Both the position numbers and the translations under genes were made by a program. From an uncultured bacterium (GTDB lineage: Bacteria; Patescibacteriota; Patescibacteriia; Magasanikbacterales; UBA922): DNA of 64,000 nt. Location of the stretch: positions 190,921-254,920 of the forward strand of contig CALMAY010000038.1 in NCBI GenBank assembly GCA_937861125.1, in the 5' to 3' direction. Under the pieces are notes generated by a model. It was not told where the DNA came from. It saw only the letters and a list, made by a program, of their open reading frames with translations, and searched no databases. Below, piece after piece: positions 1 to 7,523 of this stretch (positions are counted from its first letter, which is position 1; the number at the start of each line of letters is the position of its first letter).

Positions 1-376
1 CCATCGCAATGTAGTCAAGAAGTGATTGTTCCAGAGCTGTAGTAATTATATCTGGTCTGTTCCCATTGGTGTCAAGTTTTATTAAAAATCCTTTTTCTTT
101 AATTTTTTTGAGAAATGAGAGAAGATCTCCTTGGACTGTTGGCTCACCGCCGGATATCACAACACCATCTAGTAGGCCTACACGTGAATCTAAAAAACGA
201 AGAAATGCATCTTCTGTGATAAAGGTATCTTTGATTTTGACAATCATTTCTGGAAGTACAAATTCAGGATTGTGACAAAAACTACACCGCATGTTGCAGC
301 CTGGTGTAAAGGCAATACATGCGGTGTGTTCTGGATAATCTAGTAGAGTGAATGGTTGTACTCCAGAGAGAAACAT
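1..376 (-). CDS. nrdG: anaerobic ribonucleoside-triphosphate reductase activating protein (radical SAM); C-terminus cut by window edge
   Basis: Hand translation from ATG 376-374: MFLSGVQPFTLLDYPEHTACIAFTPGCNMRCSFCHNPEF...VISGGEPT. It has the CxxxCxxC cluster motif plus GGEP and lies directly downstream of nrdD. It is absent from the ORF track because it runs off the window. Confidence 0.85.
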   Translation of the reverse strand, partial: MFLSGVQPFTLLDYPEHTACIAFTPGCNMRCSFCHNPEFVLPEMIVKIKDTFITEDAFLRFLDSRVGLLDGVVISGGEPTVQGDLLSFLKKIKEKGFLIKLDTNGNRPDIITTALEQSLLDYIAM

Positions 377-378
377 AC

Positions 379-591
379 TTATGCTGTGCAAGTGCTTGTT
401 TCGAGTGCTTTGTTATATTTTGCTAAGAATTGGCTATTGGCCGCGGCGCAGGCAGTAAAATGTTTGCGTGAATAATGTTCTGCTTTTTTACCGATGTTAA
501 AATGTGAGACTGGGCGATGGTATCCCATGACACGAGTCCAGATTTCACATTTTGTTCTCTTGCTATTGTCGACTGTGGATTGGTGTTCCAT
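379..591 (-). CDS. detached C-terminal glycyl-radical segment of class III ribonucleotide reductase
   Basis: The 70-aa ORF contains TRVMGYHRPVSHFNIGKKAEHYSRKHF, the NrdD glycyl-radical loop signature (RVxGYxRPVxxxNxGKxxE). It is in the same frame as nrdD, separated by a single TAA and 11 sense codons. Confidence 0.6.
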   Translation of the reverse strand: MEHQSTVDNSKRTKCEIWTRVMGYHRPVSHFNIGKKAEHYSRKHFTACAAANSQFLAKYNKALETSTCTA

Positions 592-624
592 ATGTATGTT
601 GGTTAAGAATAAATAATATGTTGT

Positions 625-2514
625 TTATTTCTCTGCATGTGTACTCGTGTATGTTTTACGATAGTCGGTATCAAATACAGGTGCGTTCGTGATACCCAGT
701 TCATTGTCACAAGTCGGACAGTAGTCGTGTTCACCAGTGAGATATCCATGTTTGGGGCAGATAGAAAACGTTGGTGTGATAGTGATGTAGGGGAGTTTGA
801 AGTTAGAGAGGATTGATTTGACCAAAGACCGACAGGCCGTGCCGCTACTGACGCGTTCGTTGAGATAGCAGTGCAGCACGGTGCCACCAGTATATTTTGT
901 TTGCAATTCATCTTGGAGTTCAAGTGCTTCAAATACATCATCTGTGTAGCCAACTGGGATTTGGGATGAATTGGTATAGTATGGTGCTTCTGTGGTGCCA
1001 GCTTGGAGAATGTCTGGATATCGTTTTTGATCTTCTTTGGCAAAACGATAGGTAGTGCCTTCTGCTGGTGTGGCTTCTAGGTTATAGAGATTACCTGTTT
1101 CTTCTTGGAATTGGACGAGGGTCTCGCGCATAAAATTAAGCATTTCTTTTGCCATCTGCTGTCCAAACGGGGTCGTGATATTTTCTTTGTCATCAGTGAA
1201 ATTACGGATTGCTTCATTAAGTCCATTGATGCCGATGGTAGAAAAATGGTTGCGCAGATATCCGAGGTACCGTTTAGTAAATGGAAAGAGTCCAGCATCA
1301 ATCCAATATTGAATTTCTTTTCGTTTCATCTCAAGGGAGAGGCGAGAGAGTTGCATGAGATAGCGTAAGTTGCCATAGAGTTTTGCTTTATCACCTTTGT
1401 AGAGGTGTCCAAGTCGTGCGCCGTTGATAGTGACGACACCGATGGATCCTGTCATTTCAGCAGAACCAAAGAGTCCACCGCCACGACGTTTGAGTTCTGT
1501 GAGATCCAACTGGAGACGACAACACATACTTCGAACATCCCCTGGATTCAAATCTGAATTGATAAAGTTTTGGAAATACGGTGTGCCATATTTGGCAGTC
1601 ATTTCAAAAAGTGGGAGGTTTCTCTCATCATTCCAATCAAAATCTTTTCCAATATTATATGTCGGAATAGGAAAGGTGAAGGTGCGCCCCTTGAGATCAC
1701 CGGCAGTCATGACTGCAATATATGCTTGGTTGATAATTCTCATCTCACTCTCTAGTTCTCCGTATGTATACGCAAATTCTGTTCCTCCAAGTATAAGTTG
1801 TTTTTCTTTGAGATCAGTGGGGCAGTTCCAATCCAGTGTGATGTTGGTAAATGGTGTTTGTGTACCCCATCGTGATGGAATATTGAGATTAAAAACAAAA
1901 GATTGCATCTGTTGAAACACGTGAGAATATACTTTTTTGTTGATATATTGTTCTGTCTCTGTGTCAAAAGTGTATTGCCAATCTCTGATCGTGCCTGCTG
2001 GTTCAGGTGAGGTGATAGGAAGTTTTCCTATTTCTTCCTTGAGTTCATGTCTGAGTTCGAGTTCGTATTTTTTTACAAATGGAGCAAGATATGTGTCAAA
2101 ACTAGAAAATGCCTGTGCGCCTGCCCATTCATTTTGGAGTGTACCGAGGAAATTGACCATCTGGGCGACAGCAGAGCTAAGATGTTTTGGTGGACCAGAC
2201 TCAATACGATTTGGTACACCATTAAACCCTTCTTCAAGGAGTGCGCGTAGTGACCACCCAGCACAATATCCAGAAAACATATCGAGATCATGTATGTGAA
2301 TGTCTGCACGTCGGTGTGCATCACCAACTTCTGCTGGATAGACAGATGAAAGCCAGTAGTTGGCAGTGATTTTTCCTGCCATATTCAATATCATACCGCC
2401 CAGAGAATATCCTTGGTTTGCGTTTGCATGTACTCGCCAGTCTACTTTTTCGAGATATTCTCGAATGGTTGTGTGAGCGTCGATGTGTGGTGCTGATGTG
2501 TGTGATTGTGACAT
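625..2514 (-). CDS. nrdD: anaerobic ribonucleoside-triphosphate reductase, large body (lacks the glycyl-radical loop)
   Basis: 629-aa ORF that looks like NrdD throughout (HIHDLDMFSGYCAGW, SMCCRLQLD, GSIGVVTING, FTNSSQIPV region). It ends after the Zn-ribbon CPKH...CPTC. Confidence 0.93.
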   Translation of the reverse strand: MSQSHTSAPHIDAHTTIREYLEKVDWRVHANANQGYSLGGMILNMAGKITANYWLSSVYPAEVGDAHRRADIHIHDLDMFSGYCAGWSLRALLEEGFNGVPNRIESGPPKHLSSAVAQMVNFLGTLQNEWAGAQAFSSFDTYLAPFVKKYELELRHELKEEIGKLPITSPEPAGTIRDWQYTFDTETEQYINKKVYSHVFQQMQSFVFNLNIPSRWGTQTPFTNITLDWNCPTDLKEKQLILGGTEFAYTYGELESEMRIINQAYIAVMTAGDLKGRTFTFPIPTYNIGKDFDWNDERNLPLFEMTAKYGTPYFQNFINSDLNPGDVRSMCCRLQLDLTELKRRGGGLFGSAEMTGSIGVVTINGARLGHLYKGDKAKLYGNLRYLMQLSRLSLEMKRKEIQYWIDAGLFPFTKRYLGYLRNHFSTIGINGLNEAIRNFTDDKENITTPFGQQMAKEMLNFMRETLVQFQEETGNLYNLEATPAEGTTYRFAKEDQKRYPDILQAGTTEAPYYTNSSQIPVGYTDDVFEALELQDELQTKYTGGTVLHCYLNERVSSGTACRSLVKSILSNFKLPYITITPTFSICPKHGYLTGEHDYCPTCDNELGITNAPVFDTDYRKTYTSTHAEK

Positions 2515-2584
2515 ACAAATAAATAAAAACCCACCTATGGAATGGTGAGCTTCAAGAGCTTCTCTGAGTAAAAAATAGTGTTTA

Positions 2585-2812
2585 TTATTCTGATTGTTGA
2601 TTTTTCTGACTATCGATATACACCCGGCGAGGGCAATAAGGGATCATGCAAATCAGTTCGTTGAGTGCAGATCCTACTAGTGTATTGAATGTGTTACATT
2701 GTTTGCATTTGATCTCTATTTCACTATCTATGAGCACCCCTTTACACAGTAGCTTTTTGCAGCTACGACAGCGGTATTCTTTATACCATTGTTTGGGTGT
2801 GAGTGGTTCCAC
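2585..2812 (-). CDS. small zinc-ribbon protein (CxxC...CxxC, Com-like), first gene of the nrd operon
   Basis: 75 aa with RCRSCKKLLCKG...EIKCKQCNTFN. Same strand as nrdD and 70 nt upstream of it. No other recognisable domain. Confidence 0.5.
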   Translation of the reverse strand: MEPLTPKQWYKEYRCRSCKKLLCKGVLIDSEIEIKCKQCNTFNTLVGSALNELICMIPYCPRRVYIDSQKNQQSE

Positions 2813-2816
2813 ATGA

Positions 2817-2865
2817 ATACTAGATATAGTAGAATAAAGTGATTTATTACTACAAGATATTGTGT
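2817..2865 (-). promoter_or_regulatory. possible tandem NrdR-box-like palindromes plus an extended -10
   Basis: The 16-mers atactagatatagtag (2817-2832) and ctacaagatattgtgt (2850-2865) match the remembered NrdR consensus acaCwAtATaTwGtgt at about 12 and 13 of 16 positions. Their spacing is 33 nt. A minus-strand TGtTATACT lies at about 2871-2879. The match is weak and AT-rich, so chance is plausible. Confidence 0.2.
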
Positions 2866-2993
2866 TTCATAGTATAACACATCTTTTTTATTTTAGCAGC
2901 AAGTCTGGGTGTGGATAACGTGATAATGCGAAGTGTATTTTATCCATGTTTGGTATATACTAGAAGTATCTTTTTATTCATAAGTATACACAT

Positions 2994-3338
2994 ATGATTG
3001 TAACTATACACACGACCAACATTGAGACTACACCAGCAATCAAAAAGTATGTGGAGTCAAAAGTGAAAAGTATTGTAAAATTTTATGATGCGGTGGTGAG
3101 TATGTCTATTGATATCGGGTTGACATCCAAACACCATAACAAAGGAAAGATTTTTTATGCCGAGGTGACGATTAAGTTACCAAAGAAAACAGTTCGTGTT
3201 ACCAAAGAAGCAGAAGACCTCTACAAAGCGATTGATAAAGTGCGTGACCATCTCAAACTTGAATTGAAAGAAACCAAAGAAAAGCGCGTGTCTCGTGACA
3301 AAAAAGTATTGAGAAAAATGAAAGAGTATCAAGAATAA
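2994..3338 (+). CDS. hpf: ribosome hibernation promoting factor / RaiA family (short form)
   Basis: 114 aa: MIVTIHTTNIETTPAIKKYVESKV...FYAEVTIKLPKKTVRVTKEAEDLYKAIDKVRDHLKLELKE. This is the typical HPF/YfiA pattern. Confidence 0.9.
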   Translation: MIVTIHTTNIETTPAIKKYVESKVKSIVKFYDAVVSMSIDIGLTSKHHNKGKIFYAEVTIKLPKKTVRVTKEAEDLYKAIDKVRDHLKLELKETKEKRVSRDKKVLRKMKEYQE

Positions 3339-3346
3339 TCACAAAA

Positions 3347-3377
3347 TACACCCTCCTCATTTTTTGAGAAGGGTGTA
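3347..3377. terminator. hairpin downstream of hpf, usable in both directions
   Basis: TACACCCTCCTC / GAGAAGGGTGTA pair at 11 of 12 positions around loop ATTTTTT. The mismatch is C-A on the plus strand and a G-U on the minus strand. The minus-strand reading is followed by TTTTGTG. Confidence 0.55.
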
Positions 3378-3395
3378 TTAATATATAATGGTGTC

Positions 3396-3740
3396 CGCCG
3401 GCCGAGGTGAGTCGGCCGGCGTGAGCACCTGCGTGTCAGCCCATCCAGGGCCAGAAAGCGCGTCGCCATCGCCCAGCTTGCGCGTCCCAGACTCGCATGA
3501 GATTCCCTGTGAAGGTCAACGTGCGACCGTACGGTGGATCGATCTGTGTGCTCTTGTCGATTCCCTGTCGAAGAAACACAGGTTTAGGACCTCGTGCAAG
3601 TCTGTGTGCTGTGGCGGCAGGAACCAGGATGGACGTACATGTGTTGGTACTTAAGGATTCCCCCTTGTCTGTGGCCCACCGAGATGGTGAGCAAACTGCG
3701 CAAAATATACATAGTTAAGCTCTTTTTGTCAAGCTTTTTT
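3396..3740 (+). ncRNA. unclassified structured RNA candidate (about 345 nt) with its own -10 box and terminator-like 3' hairpin
   Basis: TATAAT lies at 3384-3389. A 10-bp GC hairpin spans 3396-3421. Nested long-range helices are 3441-3445/3683-3687, 3448-3452/3673-3677, 3462-3468/3612-3618 and 3477-3484/3593-3600. Local hairpins lie at 3514-3528, 3533-3565 and 3653-3666. The 3' end has AAGCT/AGCTT plus a T-run at 3717-3740. Hand count gives about 57% G+C over 3421-3660. Strand is assigned from three G-U pairs. No family was recognised. Confidence 0.55.
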
Positions 3741-3777
3741 GAGTGGGTAACTCTGTATGGACAGAGGAGGGGAATAG

Positions 3778-3786
3778 TGGTATGAT
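3778..3786 (+). promoter_or_regulatory. extended -10 element (TGgTATGAT) for secA
   Basis: The sequence tggtatgat lies 28 nt upstream of the secA ATG and downstream of the RNA's terminator-like hairpin. Confidence 0.4.
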
Positions 3787-3813
3787 GCCCTCCGTATATT
3801 ACCTTTATTTGAT

Positions 3814-6693
3814 ATGAATATTCTCTCTGTTCTCTTTGGTGATCAAAACAAAAAGACACTCAAACGCTTCACTCCGCTTGTCCCAAAAATCCAGGCACTT
3901 GAACCGCAGATGCAGGCACTCTCAGATGAGTCACTCCAGACCAAAACAGCCGAATTCAAAGACCGTCTTGCAAACGGTGAAACACTCGATGATATTCTCG
4001 TTGAGGCATTTGCTGTTGTGCGTGAAGCATCTCGACGTGTGCTGAATATGCGTCATTTTGATGTGCAGATGATTGGTGGCGCTGCGATTCATCATGGGTT
4101 TGTCGCAGAGATGCGTACTGGTGAAGGAAAGACACTGGTCGCTACGTTACCGACATATCTCAATGCACTTGAGGGAAAAGGTGTCCATGTCGTGACGGTG
4201 AACGATTATCTCGCGAAACGTGATGCGGTCTGGATGGCGCCATTGTACAATTATCTTGGCATGAGTGTTGGTATCATTCAGAATCTGCGCGTGTCATATG
4301 TGTATGACAAGGATCAGGTATCAATGAATACTAATCAGGAAAGTAGTGAAGTGGTGGTAGAGGATCAGTTCCTTCGCACGTGTTCACGCAAAGAGGCGTA
4401 TGCTTGTGATATCACGTATGGTACCAACAATGAATTTGGGTTTGATTATCTGCGTGACAACATGGTGCAGGAGTTTGGTGAGATGGTGATGCGTCAGAAC
4501 TCTGCGATGCGATTTGCGATTATCGATGAGGCGGATTCTATTTTGATTGACGAAGCACGTACACCATTGATCATTTCAGCGCCAGCTGAGGAGGCGACAG
4601 ATCAATACTATCGTTTTGCCAAACTTGTGAAACAGTTGGCGGTCAATACTGATTATAATGTCGATGAAAAACTACGTGCTGTAACGCTGACAGCTGACGG
4701 TATTGCAAAGATGGAACAGTCACTGGGTATTGAAAACATTTATACCGAAAGTGGTATCGGCGTGGTTCATCATATTGAGCAAGCACTCAAGGCGGAGGTG
4801 CTGTTTCGTCGTGATCGTGATTATATTGTCGACGGTGAAGAAGTGGTCATTATTGATGAGTTCACTGGACGCAAAATGCCGGGTCGTCGCTATAGTGATG
4901 GACTTCATCAAGCGATTGAGGCCAAAGAGTTGGTTCCAATTAAACGTGAGAGTCGCACTCTCGCGACAATTACATTCCAGAATCTGTTCCGCATGTATGA
5001 CAAGATTGCTGGTATGACAGGAACAGCAGAGACAGAAAAAGAAGAGCTCTACAAAATTTACGCACTCGACACACTCGTAGTGCCGACCAATCGAGTGGAT
5101 AGTCGCACCGATCATCCAGATCGTATTTATAAAAATGAAAAAGGGAAAAAGAAAGCGATTGTTGAGAAAATCAAAGAATGTCAGGCAAAACAACAGCCAA
5201 TGCTCATTGGTACCGCGTCAGTTGAAAAAAATGAAGAACTCTCTGCATATCTCACACAGTGTGGGATTACTCACGAAGTGCTCAATGCCAAAAATCATGA
5301 ACGTGAAGCGGAGATCATCGCACAAGCTGGTCGTCCAGGTGCGATTACACTGGCGACCAATATGGCTGGTCGTGGTGTGGATATCAAACTAGGAGGAAAC
5401 CCAATTAGTGAGGAAGAAGCTGAAACTGTCCGCAAAGCGGGTGGACTCTTTGTGCTGGGTACTGAGCGTCATGAGGCACGTCGCATCGATAATCAGCTTC
5501 GTGGTCGTGCAGCGCGTCAGGGAGATCCTGGTGAGACACAATTTTTTGTCTCGACTGAGGATGATTTGATGCGTATTTTTGCAGGAGATCGCATGCGCAA
5601 TCTCATGGAGCGTCTCAATGTGCCAGAGGATATGCCAATCGAACAAGGGATGATCACAAAGATGATAGAGACTGCACAGAAAAAAGTAGAAGGTCATAAC
5701 TTTGATATTCGCAAACATTTGCTCGAATACGATGATGTGCTCAACAAGCAGCGTGTGGCAATGTATCGTCGACGCAAAGAAGTGCTGACGTTGTCTGGAA
5801 ATGCAGAATTAAAAATGCAGAATGTAGAATCGCCAGATAGTCTCTCACAATCTCAAATCTCAAATCTGAAATCTGAAATTATTACTGAATCAGGTGAAAT
5901 TTTAGAAGGGCAAGATGTTCAAACACACAAATCTTTGAAAGATATTATTCTGGAGATGTTTGAACAAGAGATCGAATACATTGTGTCATTTCATACCAAT
6001 CCAAACTCAACTACTCCTGAGGGTGGTAAATCTAATGAGTGGAACATGCAGGAGATTATTGAAACAGCGAAAACAATGTTGCCTATTGATGATGCAGTAT
6101 GTGAACAGATTCGTACTCTAGGTATTCATGAGCGAAACAAGATGGATGATATAGAAGCACGAGAAAGTATTGTTTCATTGCTTATTGATGCGGTGCGTGC
6201 ACAATACGCATTGCTCGAAGAAAATATTGAGGCAGCGAGTCGAGCATTTGGTGCCGTGGGTGAGTCTGACACACAAACACGTGCGATGACTGCGATTGAA
6301 AAAGGGATGTTGCTGCGTGCTATTGATTCACAATGGGTCAATCATTTAATCAACATTGATCACTTGCGCAAAAGTATTGGTTTGCAGGGCTATGCACAAC
6401 GTGATCCACTGATTGAATACAAACGAGAAACATATCATCTTTTCCATACACTCGAAGCAAACATCCAAAAAGAAGTAGTGTATGCGTTCTTTAAAATTTC
6501 TGCTGGTCTCAAAATCGCACCAACTATCATGAGTACCGCTGGTGCAATGCTTTCTGGTGCTCAAAAGACGAGTGAAGAAATACAATCTGAAGCCTTGGGT
6601 GAACAAGAATCACAGGGTGTTGGAAAAATTGGACGCAACGATGTGTGTCCGTGTGGAAGTGGAAAGAAGTATAAGAAATGCCATGGAAAATAA
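3814..6693 (+). CDS. secA: preprotein translocase ATPase SecA
   Basis: 959 aa with MRTGEGKTLVATLP, IIDEADSILIDEARTPLIIS and TNMAGRGVDIKLGG, plus the C-terminal Zn finger CPCGSGKKYKKCHG. Confidence 0.98.
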   Translation: MNILSVLFGDQNKKTLKRFTPLVPKIQALEPQMQALSDESLQTKTAEFKDRLANGETLDDILVEAFAVVREASRRVLNMRHFDVQMIGGAAIHHGFVAEMRTGEGKTLVATLPTYLNALEGKGVHVVTVNDYLAKRDAVWMAPLYNYLGMSVGIIQNLRVSYVYDKDQVSMNTNQESSEVVVEDQFLRTCSRKEAYACDITYGTNNEFGFDYLRDNMVQEFGEMVMRQNSAMRFAIIDEADSILIDEARTPLIISAPAEEATDQYYRFAKLVKQLAVNTDYNVDEKLRAVTLTADGIAKMEQSLGIENIYTESGIGVVHHIEQALKAEVLFRRDRDYIVDGEEVVIIDEFTGRKMPGRRYSDGLHQAIEAKELVPIKRESRTLATITFQNLFRMYDKIAGMTGTAETEKEELYKIYALDTLVVPTNRVDSRTDHPDRIYKNEKGKKKAIVEKIKECQAKQQPMLIGTASVEKNEELSAYLTQCGITHEVLNAKNHEREAEIIAQAGRPGAITLATNMAGRGVDIKLGGNPISEEEAETVRKAGGLFVLGTERHEARRIDNQLRGRAARQGDPGETQFFVSTEDDLMRIFAGDRMRNLMERLNVPEDMPIEQGMITKMIETAQKKVEGHNFDIRKHLLEYDDVLNKQRVAMYRRRKEVLTLSGNAELKMQNVESPDSLSQSQISNLKSEIITESGEILEGQDVQTHKSLKDIILEMFEQEIEYIVSFHTNPNSTTPEGGKSNEWNMQEIIETAKTMLPIDDAVCEQIRTLGIHERNKMDDIEARESIVSLLIDAVRAQYALLEENIEAASRAFGAVGESDTQTRAMTAIEKGMLLRAIDSQWVNHLINIDHLRKSIGLQGYAQRDPLIEYKRETYHLFHTLEANIQKEVVYAFFKISAGLKIAPTIMSTAGAMLSGAQKTSEEIQSEALGEQESQGVGKIGRNDVCPCGSGKKYKKCHGK
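5849..5876 (+). repeat. 7-bp tandem repeat (AATCTCA x2, AATCTGA x2) inside secA
   Basis: The direct read is aatctca aatctca aatctga aatctga. It encodes part of the segment SQISNLKSEI, which appears to be lineage-specific. Confidence 0.9.
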
Positions 6694-6717
6694 TATAGAG
6701 AAATGTTTTTATGTAAT

Positions 6718-7116
6718 ATGAAAATAGAGAACATAGTATCAGATAATTATAAAACAAGAGGTAAGTATTCGTTGGCCAAAAAAGTAGATATGGGTAGTTT
6801 TTACATGATCTATGTTTCTGGGTTTCAGCCGCCAAAAAATGATACTAATGAAGTAATCACTAAAGATGTTGGAGAGCAAACAAGACTGGTATTTGAAGAA
6901 ATTAGTGCAGTATTAAATTTAGCAGGATCTCACTTAGATGATGTTGTCAAGTCTGTAATTTATTTGACTGACATGAAAGATTTTGATGTTGTTTCGAGTA
7001 TAAGAAATGAGTATTTTAAAAATTCAATGCCGGTTTCAACTATGGTAGAAGTGAATAGAATGACTAGAGATGGTGCTAAAATAGAAATTGAAGTAACGGC
7101 TATTAAAGAAAAATAA
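6718..7116 (+). CDS. RidA/YjgF/TdcF (endoribonuclease L-PSP) family protein
   Basis: YVSGFQPP...GEQTRLVFEEISAVLNLAGSHLDDVVKSVIYLTDMKDFDVVSSIRNEYF...PVSTMVEVNRM...KIEIEVTA. The start could be 6703 or 6718. The gene is visibly AT-rich. Confidence 0.8.
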   Translation: MKIENIVSDNYKTRGKYSLAKKVDMGSFYMIYVSGFQPPKNDTNEVITKDVGEQTRLVFEEISAVLNLAGSHLDDVVKSVIYLTDMKDFDVVSSIRNEYFKNSMPVSTMVEVNRMTRDGAKIEIEVTAIKEK

Positions 7117-7227
7117 TTAATTTTTTAGAGTCGGGAATTAATGTGTTAAATAGATTGAATATTTTATAGTAAGGCATTGTTCGCGGTATATAACATAAGA
7201 GATATTGTGGAATGTAATATATTTTAT

Positions 7228-7482
7228 ATGAACATCGAAGAACGAATCACTGCAATCGAACAGCGAAATAAACGAGTTGAATTAGAGAAAGCATGGGAAA
7301 TATCGGTTACACGAAAAATTTTAGTTGCCTTATGCACATATATTGTTATGGTGTGTGTAATGGTGGCACTCAACACTGAACGACCTTACTCTAGTGCACT
7401 TATTCCTACATTAGGCTTTCTCCTTTCAACTAGTACCTTTTCCCTTATAAAACGTGTCTGGATAGCTAAAAAACGTAAATAG
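7228..7482 (+). CDS. hypothetical small membrane protein
   Basis: An N-terminal charged helix (MNIEERITAIEQRNKRVELEKAWE) is followed by two hydrophobic spans. No recognisable family. Confidence 0.4.
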   Translation: MNIEERITAIEQRNKRVELEKAWEISVTRKILVALCTYIVMVCVMVALNTERPYSSALIPTLGFLLSTSTFSLIKRVWIAKKRK

Positions 7483-7484
7483 TA

Positions 7485-7513
7485 TTGACCTTTCTCTCCT
7501 TTTATCATACACT
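7485..7513 (+). promoter_or_regulatory. sigma70-like promoter for secDF
   Basis: TTGACC (7485-7490), a 17-nt spacer and TACACT (7508-7513), 10 nt before ATG 7524. Confidence 0.45.
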
Positions 7514-7523
7514 GGTGCTCACT

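Noticed and set aside
3388-3732. Minus-strand reading: a cobalamin-riboswitch-like core and a near-perfect minus-strand promoter
   Set aside because: On the minus strand, CAGGGAAUCUCAUGCGAGUCUGGGACGCGCAAGCUGGG resembles the E. coli btuB core AGGGAAUCCAGUGCGAAUCUGGAGCUGACGCGCAGCGG. TTGACA (3732-3727), a 17-nt spacer and TATATT (3709-3704) form a good promoter. The 3347-3377 hairpin would then terminate it. Against this, the P4/L4 pairing is not reproduced and I find no B12 box. There is no downstream gene, because hpf is convergent. The three G-U pairs in the long-range helices become A-C mismatches on this strand. I keep it as an alternative orientation to test, not as a call.
3396-3740. Classifying the RNA as RNase P RNA, tmRNA, SRP RNA or 6S RNA
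   Set aside because: I looked on both strands for GAGGAAAGUCC / ACAGAA..GGCUUA (RNase P). I looked for a GGGG...UUCGA T-arm with an ACCA end and an alanine-tag ORF (tmRNA). I looked for GGAAGCAGC with a GNRA tetraloop (SRP). None is present. The branched architecture does not fit 6S.
3388-3859. Five overlapping ORFs (60-91 aa, both strands) in the hpf-secA spacer
   Set aside because: They overlap one another and have biased Cys/Arg/Gly-rich composition with no protein-like motifs. The region folds into extensive helices and is better explained as a structured RNA.
6703-7482. AT-rich RidA plus small membrane ORF between secA and secD as a mobile insertion
   Set aside because: The composition is AT-shifted, but there are no flanking repeats, integrase or tRNA target. 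RidA is a common housekeeping protein, so the evidence for horizontal acquisition is insufficient.
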